Assembly (NCBI GenBank): GCA_965195285.1
Contig: CBDAFS010000059.1
Span: forward strand, 1-64,000
Direction: 5' to 3'
Length of the DNA stretch: 64,000 nt
Source: an uncultured Aminicenantes bacterium
GTDB lineage: Bacteria > Acidobacteriota > Aminicenantia > UBA2199
Both the position numbers and the translations under genes were made by a program. This document shows, piece after piece, positions 36,214-47,600 of the stretch. Under the pieces are notes generated by a model. The model was given only the letters and a program-made list of their open reading frames with translations. It searched no databases and was not told the DNA's origin. The stretch's first letter is position 1; every line of letters begins with the position of its first letter.

Positions 36214-37365
36214 TTAATATGTTTCATCCAGGAATTTCTTGATCCGCTGAGCCCCCTCCCGGATGATATTTAATTCCGCGGCAATGTTCAGCCGGATATA
36301 TGAAGTAGATGTTGGAGAAAAATTTTCTCCCGGTACCACACCCACCCGGACTCGGTGAAAAAGGTCCAGGGCAAAAGCAAAGCCATCTTCAAATTTCCTG
36401 GGCAGGCCGGCCCAGAGAAAATAGCCGCCCTGAATTTCAGGGACGGTGAAGTTGGCCTCAAGCAGAACCTGACGCAGGTAGGCATATGATTGCCGGCATT
36501 TTTCTCTGATGGTTTTCAAATAGTCCTGGCCATGACGGTTTTCAACCAGATATTGATGGATGACCGCCTGGAAAAGTGTGGGGGCACTTAACCCAGTATA
36601 GTCATGGATGGTCCTGATTTTTTTCATACGGTTTTTTTCGGCAATCACATATCCGATTCTCCAGCCGGTGATACTGAGCATTTTGGAGAAGGAATTCACA
36701 TAGAATAACCGATCGTAATGGCTGGAAAGCGGTTGAAGAGCCAGGGGATTGAAAGGAGGTTCATTGAAATAGATATCCTGGTAGACGGTATCGAAGATGA
36801 TATAGAAATCCAGTTTTTTTGATAGCAAAATGATATTTCGGATTTCATCCGCGGTCCAGATTTTACCCAGGGGATTTCCGGGTGAGGCGATGAATACGAT
36901 CTTTACCCGCCTGTTTATGATTATTCTTTCCAGTCTTTCAAAATCTACGGACAGGTCCGGTGCAAAATCCAGGTATTCAAAGGGAAGGTTCAGGAATGTG
37001 GCCAGTTTGGGGTAGCTTTCGTATACCGGATTAAACGATAAGACCGAATAGGGACGTTCCAAAAGGGTGTTCAGGTAGAATGCAGTCAAGAATATACCCT
37101 CGGTGGCACCCTGGACCACGACCAGGTTATCGGTGCTAAGCGGGAAAAATTCGGAATATTTCCGGGCCAGAAGGGTTAACAATTTTAGGTTGCCATGGCC
37201 GGGTGCATATTGGTGGTAAGGGGAATGATTGCTGAATGCTTTCAACAATTCCAGAAGTTCCCCGGGGGGGAGAAAACCCGGTTTGCCCTGAGCCAGATTT
37301 ATACTGCCTTCCTGACTGGCCATCCGGCTGAAATAACTGATCAGAGATCCGGTGGGTTTCTTCAT
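36214..37365 (-). CDS. PLP-dependent aminotransferase class I/II
   Basis: INLAQG.P, GATEG, PGNPLG, D.VY, SFSKMLSITGWRIGY. Confidence 0.9.
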   Translation of the reverse strand: MKKPTGSLISYFSRMASQEGSINLAQGKPGFLPPGELLELLKAFSNHSPYHQYAPGHGNLKLLTLLARKYSEFFPLSTDNLVVVQGATEGIFLTAFYLNTLLERPYSVLSFNPVYESYPKLATFLNLPFEYLDFAPDLSVDFERLERIIINRRVKIVFIASPGNPLGKIWTADEIRNIILLSKKLDFYIIFDTVYQDIYFNEPPFNPLALQPLSSHYDRLFYVNSFSKMLSITGWRIGYVIAEKNRMKKIRTIHDYTGLSAPTLFQAVIHQYLVENRHGQDYLKTIREKCRQSYAYLRQVLLEANFTVPEIQGGYFLWAGLPRKFEDGFAFALDLFHRVRVGVVPGENFSPTSTSYIRLNIAAELNIIREGAQRIKKFLDETY

Positions 37366-37408
37366 GTCAGGTTTTTATGAACTGAAGCAGGAAAAACCGG
37401 GTGGAGAT

Positions 37409-38059
37409 TTACTCCAGGTTTTGGAGTAAGGTTCGGGCTTCATCGGCATAAACGGATTGGGGAAACTCGCTCACCAATTTGTTTAGCTGGGTGATGGCGG
37501 ATTGATTTTGGTTGATTCTGATCTGGATTCGAGCGATTTTTAAAAGAATAAAATCCTTGGCCAATTCGGATTTCCCATCCGCCAATATTTTGTTCAGAAT
37601 ATCAATGGCTTCACGTTCCTGGTCAGAGGCAGCCAGGATTTCCGCTTCCAGTAATTTTTTCTGATCATTGACTATTTTGAGGTGACTGCTGCGGAAATGG
37701 GACAGGGTTTCCTCTGCTTTTTTAAACTCTCCCTTTTCAAAATACAGGGAAGCAATAAACAAGTGGATAGATGAGGAGATTCCGCTTCGGTTCTCCAACT
37801 GGCTCAATTCCTTTATTTTCTGGTCTGAATCCAGTGTGGTTGAATTTTTAATCTCCAGGGCCCGGGAGTATAGTTGGTTGTCATTGGCAATGGATTGGGA
37901 TTTAAAAAAAATGATAACCAGAATGATGATGCCCAGGGCCAGGCAAATGCCCAGGGCGAATAATATTTCTCTTTTGAATTGCCTGATTTTATCAATGACT
38001 TTTTCAAATAAATTTATGAAAGGATCTTCTTTTAAGTGAGCTCTCTCTTTCTTCTTCAT
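37409..38059 (-). CDS. YfgM-like membrane-anchored TPR protein
   Basis: ERAHLKEDPF N-terminus, single TM, TPR ending FPQSVYADEAR. Confidence 0.75.
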   Translation of the reverse strand: MKKKERAHLKEDPFINLFEKVIDKIRQFKREILFALGICLALGIIILVIIFFKSQSIANDNQLYSRALEIKNSTTLDSDQKIKELSQLENRSGISSSIHLFIASLYFEKGEFKKAEETLSHFRSSHLKIVNDQKKLLEAEILAASDQEREAIDILNKILADGKSELAKDFILLKIARIQIRINQNQSAITQLNKLVSEFPQSVYADEARTLLQNLE

Positions 38060-38178
38060 AATTTTACCTCAAAAATCATATTATCATTATTGATGTGGCC
38101 TGTCAATAAGCCGGGGTGCAGTACTTCCTGAACAACAATCCGATCTTCGTGCCCATGTTGTTCGAACCGGGTTGATCC

Positions 38179-39591
38179 TCATCTTCTTCTCAGAAAGATG
38201 GCGCTCCGGGAATACTGGCGGGAAAGGGTTAAATCCCCCTGCTTTTCATAAATTTCCGCCAAAAAACGGTGTAATCTGGGAATGAAGGGATTTATCTCCA
38301 TCAGATTTTGGGTATTTTTAAGGGCTGTAGCTGTATCCCCCTTACCGTATAATTTTACGATTCGATCAAAATCATTTAAATAGTAAAGATTGTCATAGGT
38401 CTGCAATTCAAAGGGGTTTTTCAGGATGAAAGGTAAATCAGGGAGTTCTTTGATAAGGTTAAGATTGGGGATGTATTTCTTAAAAATAATCAGCAGCGGG
38501 ACGCTTTTCTTTTCCAGAGAGAGGGAAAAAGAAAATAATCCGATCAGGTTTTCATCATCCGGATAATAAAAGAGGGCAATCTTTAGATTTTCCATGGCCA
38601 GGGATTGTTTTCTCTGAACCATTAAACACTTGATATAATTAAAATAAACCTGGGGGTCCTTTTTGGTCTGCAGCGAATGGTGAAAATGGTCGCAAGCCCG
38701 GGAATGGCGGCCCTCCCTGGCCTGAATGACCCCGAGATTGTTTTGGGTTTCGGCAATAAATTGTTTTTCATTTTGGAGTTGATGAAGTATTTCGGTTGCC
38801 TGATGGGACTGTCCCGTATCGATGAGATGGATGGTTTTTAGGAATTGCTTCGAAGGCCCAAACAGGATAGAGTCGGTGATTTGATCCAGATATTGCTGTG
38901 ATTTCCGGGCATTGCCCACTATTGAGTAGGCCTTGGAAATTTCGAAATTCAGAAAATCAGAATCCGGTTGCTTCGCAACCAGGGTTTCCAGAAGGGAGAT
39001 TTTTCTTTGCATATCGGATATCAGGAAGCTTTTGACAAAGGTTTCATAGTGGTGATAATTCAGTTTCAGGTCAGGGTATAGATTGGATTTTTTTTTAAAA
39101 TAATTTAATACCAGATTCAATAGCTCCTGTTTAACCGTATAAAAATCCTTTAAATGAAATTTGATTAAGGGGAGGTATTTCTGGGAATAGGTTTCCGGTG
39201 CGACAATATAGGTTCGAATTTGAACGTTGGGAGTCTGGGGATCTTCTGAGGCCACCACCTCTCCCCATACAATGGTTTTTGCCTGGGCCAGCATGGCCAG
39301 CTTGATGCAGCTTGCTTTGGAAATCAGATAGGGGAATTTGATGTTGTAGGTGTTTAGCAGTGATTGGGTAATGGAATCGGATACGGTTTCAATGGAATTC
39401 AATTCCAGTCCCTGGGTGAGGTAATAGGAAATGGCCAGTCCCAGCCATTGATAATTTTTCTTTTTCAGGGAATCGACCTGAAAAGGAAACACCATGCATT
39501 GGGCCGGTAGCTGAGTAGCAAAACAGATCATTAATAGCAAGGGCAACCATTTTTTCAGGTTTTTTAAGCTTTTCATATCAGGGATGCTCAT
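38179..39591 (-). CDS. Exported TPR protein with TolB-N/CsgG-like N-domain
   Basis: Signal peptide, VFPF...WLG motif, TPR-like helices (NNLGVI). Confidence 0.6.
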   Translation of the reverse strand: MSIPDMKSLKNLKKWLPLLLMICFATQLPAQCMVFPFQVDSLKKKNYQWLGLAISYYLTQGLELNSIETVSDSITQSLLNTYNIKFPYLISKASCIKLAMLAQAKTIVWGEVVASEDPQTPNVQIRTYIVAPETYSQKYLPLIKFHLKDFYTVKQELLNLVLNYFKKKSNLYPDLKLNYHHYETFVKSFLISDMQRKISLLETLVAKQPDSDFLNFEISKAYSIVGNARKSQQYLDQITDSILFGPSKQFLKTIHLIDTGQSHQATEILHQLQNEKQFIAETQNNLGVIQAREGRHSRACDHFHHSLQTKKDPQVYFNYIKCLMVQRKQSLAMENLKIALFYYPDDENLIGLFSFSLSLEKKSVPLLIIFKKYIPNLNLIKELPDLPFILKNPFELQTYDNLYYLNDFDRIVKLYGKGDTATALKNTQNLMEINPFIPRLHRFLAEIYEKQGDLTLSRQYSRSAIFLRRR

Positions 39592-41245
39592 AGAAAAGGC
39601 CCAGGAATTCTTTCAGCAAATAGGCTCCGTTCAATTCAGCTTTTCCGGCTCCTTCCAGGATAAAAGCAAAGGCATATTTTGGTTTGGCTGCCGGAAAAAA
39701 GCCGATGATGATTGAGTTTAGCCCCTGTTTCTTTTGGCCGGCTGTTCCGGTTTTAATGGCGGTTTTTACAAATTGAACTTTTGAATGCCGTCCGGTTCCC
39801 AGCCTGTTTTCGACCACCTCAACCATGGCCTGGGAAATTCTAAAGAAAATGGGATTATTATCGAAAACACTGACAATTTCGGGTTGGTGGTTATAGAATC
39901 CGAGGTTTAAAATATTTTTTTTATTGATGATCAGATAGGGCCTGTTTATGGAACCATTCTGGGCGATTATCAGGGCCATCAATCCCGAGTGAAAAGTGGT
40001 TGAGGTGATGTCATTCAATCCCACCGCCAGATTGGCCAGCTGGTAATCACCTGAGATATTCAGGTTATAACTTCCGGTTTTAAAGGTGAGGAACTGATCC
40101 CTGAATCCTTTGGCGTTAAAAAAGAAGGAATCCAGAACACGGGATAACGACTTGAATCCGACCGCGATTCCCATTCGGGCAAAGGCGATATTACAGGAGA
40201 CCACCAGGGCATACTGTGGGTTTTCAATGATGCCGTGAGCAATTCGATCCGGAAAACTCCGGTTGCTCAATCGAATGGCCCGCCGGCATTCAAAGGGGAA
40301 AAGATCCTTTTTCGGATTCAAGTAAAAAGCAAATAAAGTCAAGGTTTTGATAATAGAGCCCGGCTCGAACTCTGCCGTAAACACGGTATTTGATTTCATT
40401 GGCTGCCGGGATTTGGAAAAAGCAGCCAGAATACTGCTGTCTTCAATTTTAAATAAAATCATTGAACCCCGGTACTTACTAAATACCCGGTCAATCTTAT
40501 TTTGAATATCCAAATCCAGGCTCAGGGTATAGGTCTTTATCCCCTTCTCAAACCGGGGCGTAAATTCATCGAAATGCATTCCCGGGGTAACTGAAACCGT
40601 CTTTCGGGTTTTCAGGTCGTAATGGGCCAGCGGTTTTCCGTTTTTATCAAATATGTAGTCAATTGTACCGGACTTCAGTTTGGAATTCAGATCGGATACC
40701 AGGTCAATGGCCCGGGTGAGTGACTTTCGTTGCCCGGATGATATCCGGCCCAGCTGTTTTTCCGATTCTCCGTATTTAAAGAAGGCGGTTAGATACAGCG
40801 CTTTGTAAAAATGTACCGATTCCTGCTTGTTGATCAGATAATCGGTGTAAATTTTAAGCTCATCATATTTTGATTGTTCGGCAAAATGGTTTAAAAAACG
40901 TCTGGCAGAGATTGAGGTTTTTGGTTTTTCCAGGCTATTCAAGATCAGGTATGCATTTTTCACATCCCCGCTGAACAGATTAATAAGGGCATTCAGTTCT
41001 TTAATGGTCTGGTTATGCAGTATTGAATTTTTGAGGGTTTTGAATAACTCTGCGGCTTCTGCCTGCTGGTCATTCAAGAGGAGGTTCTGAATTTTTTTGA
41101 TTTTTTTATCCTGCTGAAAATACTGAAAAAGAAAAACAGCCAGAAGAAAAACCACGACCATGGCGATAATTTTCAGTTTTTTCAGTCGCTTTTTTCTTTT
41201 TTGATGTTCAAAGGAAAATGCAACGTGTTTGTAGTCAATCACCAT
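39578..41245 (-). CDS. Penicillin-binding transpeptidase-domain protein
   Basis: EPGSIIK (SxxK), SCN (SxN), KTGTA, FFPAAKPKYA; single TM; start re-assigned to ATG 41245. Confidence 0.85.
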   Translation of the reverse strand: MVIDYKHVAFSFEHQKRKKRLKKLKIIAMVVVFLLAVFLFQYFQQDKKIKKIQNLLLNDQQAEAAELFKTLKNSILHNQTIKELNALINLFSGDVKNAYLILNSLEKPKTSISARRFLNHFAEQSKYDELKIYTDYLINKQESVHFYKALYLTAFFKYGESEKQLGRISSGQRKSLTRAIDLVSDLNSKLKSGTIDYIFDKNGKPLAHYDLKTRKTVSVTPGMHFDEFTPRFEKGIKTYTLSLDLDIQNKIDRVFSKYRGSMILFKIEDSSILAAFSKSRQPMKSNTVFTAEFEPGSIIKTLTLFAFYLNPKKDLFPFECRRAIRLSNRSFPDRIAHGIIENPQYALVVSCNIAFARMGIAVGFKSLSRVLDSFFFNAKGFRDQFLTFKTGSYNLNISGDYQLANLAVGLNDITSTTFHSGLMALIIAQNGSINRPYLIINKKNILNLGFYNHQPEIVSVFDNNPIFFRISQAMVEVVENRLGTGRHSKVQFVKTAIKTGTAGQKKQGLNSIIIGFFPAAKPKYAFAFILEGAGKAELNGAYLLKEFLGLFYEHP

Positions 41246-41822
41246 TATCTTCGGCTTCTCCAAATAAATCCGCTTCCAGTTTTTCAGCCATGGTGTGCAA
41301 TATGAACAGATGAATTTCCTGAATGGCCGGTGTGTCATCACAATCCACGGCTATGATCAGATCTGTTTCTGCTGTTTTCAAATCGTCTGTATTCCGGCCG
41401 CTCAGGCAAATGGTTTCAAGATGTTTGTGTTTGGCCAGTTTTAGGGCTTCCAGAACGTTTTTTGAGCGACCGCTGGTCGTGATACCCAGGGCGATGTCGC
41501 CGGGTTTTCCCAGGGCTTCTATTTGTTTTGAGAATACATGTTTAAAATCGAAATCATTGGCAATTGAAGTTATATTGGCGCCATTATCGGTGAGGGAAAT
41601 ACCGGGAATACCGCCACGCTTCAGATAAAACTTGTTGACCATTTCAGCTGCAAAATGCGATGCCTGGCTGGCTGAACCTCCGTTCCCGAAAATCAAAATT
41701 TTATTCCCTCTTTTTACTGCGGTCACCATCATTTCGGCGGCTCTGAGAATTGCGGTTTGGGATTTTAATTGGTCCAATAATAATTTTCGAAGATTTATAT
41801 TGTCTTGAAAATTAGTAGGCAT
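41235..41822 (-). CDS. gmhA: Phosphoheptose isomerase (SIS; GmhA/DiaA family)
   Basis: GNGGSA..ASHFAAE, ANDF, TTSGRSKNV, IQEIH; SD AAGGAGG before ATG 41822. Confidence 0.88.
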   Translation of the reverse strand: MPTNFQDNINLRKLLLDQLKSQTAILRAAEMMVTAVKRGNKILIFGNGGSASQASHFAAEMVNKFYLKRGGIPGISLTDNGANITSIANDFDFKHVFSKQIEALGKPGDIALGITTSGRSKNVLEALKLAKHKHLETICLSGRNTDDLKTAETDLIIAVDCDDTPAIQEIHLFILHTMAEKLEADLFGEAEDNGD

Positions 41823-41999
41823 GAATTCCTCCTTCCCGGTTGTTCCAATTTGTTCAACGAATGGTTTGTTTTCGCTTTCATCACTTGTATATAAACAATT
41901 TATTTCCACTTTTGTCAAGGAATTGGTTGACATTTTGGCGGCTTTTTGATAAAAATCAATATTCATTGTTTTTGATCTAAAAAAAAAGGAGGTATTTTT

Positions 42000-43358
42000 G
42001 TGAGTTTAACAAATGATGTTATTGAAAGAGTAAAATCAAAAAATCCAGCCGAACCCGAATTTCATCAGGCAGTCGAAGAGGTAATGGAATCACTTGAGCC
42101 CACTGTAGAAAAACATCCCGAATTTGTAAAAGCCGGGATTTATGACCGGATCGTCGAACCTGACCGGGCCATACTTTTCCGGGTTCCCTGGGCAGATGAC
42201 CGGGGAAATGTTCAGGTAAACAAGGGATTCAGAGTCCAATATAACAATGCTATCGGTCCCTACAAGGGTGGTTTACGGTTTCACCCTTCTGTTAATCTTG
42301 GGATTATCAAATTCCTTGGGTTTGAACAGATATTTAAAAATTCTTTGACTACCCTCCCAATGGGTGGAGGCAAGGGCGGCTCTGATTTTGATCCCAAGGG
42401 GAAATCCGATGGTGAAGTCATGAGATTTTGTCAGGCTTTCATGAGGGAATTATTCCGTCACATCGGTCCTGATGTTGATGTTCCTGCCGGAGATATCGGT
42501 GTTGGCGGCAGAGAGATCGGGTATTTATTCGGATATTACAAAAAGCTCCGCAATGAGCATACCGGTGTGTTGACCGGTAAGGGTATCGAATGGGGTGGAA
42601 GTTTGATCCGACCCGAAGCCACGGGTTACGGTGCTGTCTATTTCGCCGCTGAGATGCTGAATGTGAAGGGAGAAAACCTGGAAGGAAAAACCGCTCTGGT
42701 ATCCGGTTCGGGGAATGTTGCCCAGTTTGCAGTTGAAAAATTACTGGACCTGGGAGCCAAGCCGCTGACCCTTTCGGATTCCTCCGGTTACATCTTTGAT
42801 GAGGAAGGAATTAATCGGGAAAAGTTGAACTTCGTGATGGACCTGAAGAATATTCGCCGTGGTCGGATTAAGGAATACGTCGAAACCTATAGGAATGCAG
42901 TTTATACCCCTATTGATTCCAATCAAGATTTCAATCCGCTCTGGAATCACAAAGCCGATGTGGCTTTCCCCAGTGCTACTCAGAATGAAATCAATGAGAA
43001 AGACGCTCAGAATTTGGTTAGAAACGGCGTGAAAGCGATTTCCGAAGGAGCCAACATGCCCACCATACCCGAAGGCATCAAGGTCTTTATGGATAGCGGT
43101 ATCCTCTATGGACTGGGGAAGGCAGCCAATGCTGGCGGGGTGGCTGTTTCAGGCCTGGAAATGAGTCAGAACAGCCTGAGACTGAGCTGGACCCGCGAAG
43201 AAGTGGATGGCAAATTGAAAGGTATCATGCACAGTATTCATAAAGCTGCCTATGAGACCTCAAAAGCCTATGGTGACCCGGGCAATTATCCAATGGGAGC
43301 CAATATTGCCGGATTTACCAAGGTTGCCAAGGCCATGCTGGCTTACGGAGTTGTATAA
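42000..43358 (+). CDS. gdhA: NADP-specific glutamate dehydrogenase
   Basis: GPYKGGLRFHP, MGGGKGGSDFDPKG, RPEATGYG, SGSGNVAQ, KAANAGGVA. Confidence 0.97.
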   Translation: MSLTNDVIERVKSKNPAEPEFHQAVEEVMESLEPTVEKHPEFVKAGIYDRIVEPDRAILFRVPWADDRGNVQVNKGFRVQYNNAIGPYKGGLRFHPSVNLGIIKFLGFEQIFKNSLTTLPMGGGKGGSDFDPKGKSDGEVMRFCQAFMRELFRHIGPDVDVPAGDIGVGGREIGYLFGYYKKLRNEHTGVLTGKGIEWGGSLIRPEATGYGAVYFAAEMLNVKGENLEGKTALVSGSGNVAQFAVEKLLDLGAKPLTLSDSSGYIFDEEGINREKLNFVMDLKNIRRGRIKEYVETYRNAVYTPIDSNQDFNPLWNHKADVAFPSATQNEINEKDAQNLVRNGVKAISEGANMPTIPEGIKVFMDSGILYGLGKAANAGGVAVSGLEMSQNSLRLSWTREEVDGKLKGIMHSIHKAAYETSKAYGDPGNYPMGANIAGFTKVAKAMLAYGVV

Positions 43359-43379
43359 CCAGACAAGTTCGATAAATAT

Positions 43380-43410
43380 AAAGGGGAGTTTTTTACTCCC
43401 CTTTTTTTTT
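43380..43410 (+). terminator. Rho-independent terminator after gdhA
   Basis: AAGGGGAGT/ACTCCCCTT hairpin followed by T-run. Confidence 0.88.
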
Positions 43411-43549
43411 AAAATTCAGGGATGAAATTTCCAAAGGCGATTTGTATATACTTGAATTCTTTTCTTAAAGGGTGTATAAATATATTGATTCTCAGCCGGA
43501 AACGGTCAATATTGCCCTCTTGACCCTGACTGAGAACCAGAGAGATAAA

Positions 43550-44596
43550 ATGGAAAACGAACAAGATGTTTTCAAGTATTATTTAAAAGAAAAAAAAACC
43601 TTTTCCCAGTTGATCAGGCAGCCGAAATTCTGGTTAATTGTCGTTGTGATGTTGGTTGGCGCTTTTCTGGCTTTTCAATTTTTTCTCACCAGTATAAAAA
43701 ACCTCAGTACCGAAGAATTAAAAGCATCCATTGATATCGTTTGGCATGAGGCCCGCTGGGTCAATAAAGATGTTTCACCCTATGGGGTCACCATTGTTCC
43801 CTCGATTGTCCTAAAAATCAAAAATATTGGTACCAAGCCCCTGAAGTATGTAAAATTTATCGGAATTTTTCTTTTTGAGGAAAATAATAAGCAGTTGAGT
43901 GATGGGTTTATCTCGGTATTCAGAAAGGCCCTGAGTCCCGGAGAAACCAGTGAAGAAATTTTCATAAAGGCTTTCAATGGCTACAAGGCCAAGTCAAAGG
44001 AATCATTCTTCAGAAACAAAAAAGGATGGAAGAAGGTCAAGGTCAAGGTATTTGCCGGTACCAGTTCCACCCCGGCTCTGCTGGGAGTTTTTCCGGTTAA
44101 GCAGGAGATTGAAGGCCTGAAAACCGATGATATTACCGAAGAGCAATCCGGAGACAGTGAAAAAAGATATTTAACCGAAGAATTGAGGAAATCCATTCAG
44201 ATCGTGTGGAGTGACTCATACTGGATCTATAAAAAGTATTCCACTGAGGGTATCATTGTGGTTCCATTTATCAAGATAAAAGTGAAAAATCTGGGAACTA
44301 CACCCCTGAGGCATATTTCATTCAGGGGAAATTTTCAGCTGGTGAGCAGCGGAAAGCCATTCAGTCAAGGTATTACCATCGGGCTGGAAGAACTGCTGAG
44401 TCCTGAAAAAATCAGTGAGGAAATCCACATCTCGGGCGAGTACGGGTATTCGGTCTCATCGATGGAAGCCCTGGAGAGGAACAAGACCATGATGGAAAAA
44501 TTGAAAGTCCGGGTGATGGCCAAAACAAAAGTATGCGATGAGGTACTTCTGGGGATTTTTCCCGTCAATGGGATCATTAAGGCAGAGAAAAAATAG
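43550..44596 (+). CDS. Hypothetical single-TM protein with a tandem-duplicated beta-rich domain
   Basis: TM WLIVVVMLVGAFLAF; two ~140 aa repeats beginning EELKASIDIVW and EELRKSIQIVW. Confidence 0.75.
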   Translation: MENEQDVFKYYLKEKKTFSQLIRQPKFWLIVVVMLVGAFLAFQFFLTSIKNLSTEELKASIDIVWHEARWVNKDVSPYGVTIVPSIVLKIKNIGTKPLKYVKFIGIFLFEENNKQLSDGFISVFRKALSPGETSEEIFIKAFNGYKAKSKESFFRNKKGWKKVKVKVFAGTSSTPALLGVFPVKQEIEGLKTDDITEEQSGDSEKRYLTEELRKSIQIVWSDSYWIYKKYSTEGIIVVPFIKIKVKNLGTTPLRHISFRGNFQLVSSGKPFSQGITIGLEELLSPEKISEEIHISGEYGYSVSSMEALERNKTMMEKLKVRVMAKTKVCDEVLLGIFPVNGIIKAEKK

Positions 44597-44615
44597 TTTT
44601 TGCAATTTAAGCTGA

Positions 44616-47600
44616 ATGAAAAAAAACCATTTTAAGTTTTTTATTTTATGTTTCCTGTTTTCACTTCTTTTCCTGGTGATTCTACTGGGAATTAAACAGA
44701 TTCGCTATAACCGTTGGCTGAGCCATGAAGCCCTGGAAAAAGGGGAATTGCTTTCGGAAAGAATTCTGGAACCCGAGCGTATCTTGTGGGGCAGGAGACT
44801 GGAACTGACCCGGCAGACGGCACTGTTTTTTCAAGAACTGCTGGAAAAAAATGTTAAGCCAAGGCGCCGGGTCTTTTCAACCAGCGGCAGCAGCCAGAGA
44901 TATTTCAGCCAGGATAAGCAAGACCAGAGTTCAATGGGAGTTTTTATTTCGTCTCGGGATGTGGAAAAAAATGAGGTGAATAAAATAATTCAGGATTTTG
45001 CTCTGTTGGAGTCCCGGTTATCATCCGTCCGGGGCCAGGTGTTCAATACATTTTTTATTTCCAAGGATAATTGGATTTTCGTAAGTCCGGGAAAATGGAT
45101 TGCCAATATCGGGGATGGGCATGATTTGAGAAATGATATTTTTTACCAGGCAGCTACCCCGGAAAAAAACCCCGATAAGTCTTTCATCACCACCGAAATA
45201 TATTATGATAACATCTGGAAACACTGGATGATCGGATTGTTGATTCCAGTCTATATCAATGATGAATTCAAAGGGGTTGCCGGACACAATGTGATTGTTG
45301 ATGATTTTATAATGCATGCCCAAGCCAGAAAATATCTGGAAAATGGCCAATTGTACCTGGTCAACCGGGATTCTGAGATTATCCTGCACCGGGATCTGAT
45401 GACTTCATATCAGAACCGGAACTTTGAGATGAATCAGACATTTGCTTTTGAGAATGCGGTACAGGACCCGGTGGCCAAAGCCGTTTTGGACCGTGTTCAA
45501 ACGGGGACTGATCATGCACTGCTTGTCCCGGCAGGTGGGAAAAACCAGATTGCGGTGATCCGACAGCTTCCCGGGCTGGAGTGGCGGCTTGTCTGGGTAC
45601 AGGAGCAGGATCAGTTGATTGGAAATCTGAACCGGGGAATCCGGGAGTTTATTCTGATTTGCTTTGCGGTTTTTATTCTATTTTTGATCTTGTTCTTGAT
45701 TTTTTTCAGAACCACTTTGGTTATTCCCATCAAATCCATTATTAAAAATCTATCGAATTTTCAACCCGGAACCGAGGTCATTATTCAAGATAGGAAAACC
45801 CAGTTTTTTCTGTTAAATGAATTGTTCAGCAATATTGAAAATGTGTTTGTTCGATTGAGCTCGAATGTCAAGGAAATCGAAGAGTCCAAAGAATATGTCG
45901 AAACCCTGATGAAAACCGTTCAGGTTTTCATCATTGTACTGGATACGAAATTGAAACCGATATATATGAATGAATATGCCCTGAAAAAACTGGAAATCAA
46001 CCGGGATGAAATATCCAAGCTGAACATATTTAAATACCTGGATAAAGTTTTTTTCAAGGAAATTGCACCGGAAATTGAAAAATCCGACAATATTCTTAAC
46101 AAAGAAACCTTCATGACCTTAGGGAATGGCAAGACCATTGATGTCAACATTTCCATATCAAAGTTTTTTAACACCTCGAATCAATTGAACGGGTATATTT
46201 CGGTTGTGGATGATATTACCAAAAGAAAAAAAGCCGAAATGAACCTGAAAAATCAAATTGCCTTTTCCCGTCAGATATTTCGGGCCATACCGGATATAAT
46301 TTTAATTGTTGATACCAATCTGAAGATTGTATTCTACAATCAAAAAGCGGAGAAAATCATTGAAATGGCTTCCGAAGAAGAGAGAAACCTTTCTGCTTTT
46401 TTATCCACAGAATCGCTGGAAACCGGATTTGATGAATCCTTGCGGAATACCATCAACAAAGGCAGATTTATCAAACAGATCAATGTACTGAATCCGTTCA
46501 AGCAGGGCTTCAATTATGTGGACCTGATCATTGAACCCCTGAAATCAACTTCTGAGATTATCGGTGGGTTGATTATCATGCGGGACATTTCGGAATGGAG
46601 AAACCTGACCGAGAGGATAAAAAACCTGCAGGAATTCATGGGCAGACTGATTGATGCCAGTCCTTATGCGGTCATATCGGTGAACAAATTTGACAATATC
46701 GCCATTTGGAACAAGGAAGCGGAATACCTGTTCAATATAAACAGTTATCGGGCCCTCGATAACAACATATTTGAAGTAAGTCCGTTTTTTCTGAGTTATA
46801 AGGATGTGATAAACGAAGCCAAAATTCTGAGGAAATCATTTTTTCTGAGTGATCAAAAAATGGATTTTGGAGATGAGTCAACAGCGGTATTGAACCTGAA
46901 TTTCTATCCGGTACAGAGTGAAGATCAACATGTGGTTATCAATATTGTTGATATATCCAAAATCAGGAAACTGGAGGATTCACTGCTTCAGGCCCAGAAA
47001 ATGGAATCGCTGGGGGTTCTGACCAGCGGTATTATCCACGATTTCAATAACATTTTAAGCGGGATTATCGGGTATGCATCCTTACTGAATAAGAAACTGG
47101 CTTCCAATTCCGAAGTCAACCAATACACTTCCAATATCATCGATTACAGTGAAAGGGCTTCGGGAATGATCCGGCAAATACTGGGTTTTTCAAAAAAACG
47201 GTTATCCAAGAAGGAAGTGTTGGATATCAATGAGGTCATTGAAGGATTATTGAATTTTCTGAAAGTGAACCTGAAGAATATTGAAATCACCCGGGAATTC
47301 TCGCCTGAGAAAGTTCGACTGGTTGCCGATAAAACCAAGTTTTCCCAGGTGATCATCAATCTGATCATCAATGCCAAAGAAGCCCTGGAAGAAAGCCTGA
47401 AACCGGAGATCATCGTGAAAATCGATGAAGTTGAGATCAAAGACCGGGAAAACCTCCTGGATGGGGTTTATGCAAAAATTGTCATTTCCGATAATGGCCA
47501 GGGTATCAAAAAAGAAAACCTGGAAAAAATATTCGAACCTTTTTTCAGCACAAAGGATAAACAAAAAAGTACGGGACTGGGCCTGGCCACAGTCAAGGAT

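Noticed and set aside
41823-41966. N-terminal extensions in the ORF track (gmhA; also PBP, CBS-family, methyltransferase, rfbA, rfbB, plsY, PilZ, 21736, 43472)
   Set aside because: They overlap promoters or upstream genes; downstream starts fit SD position or family N-termini better
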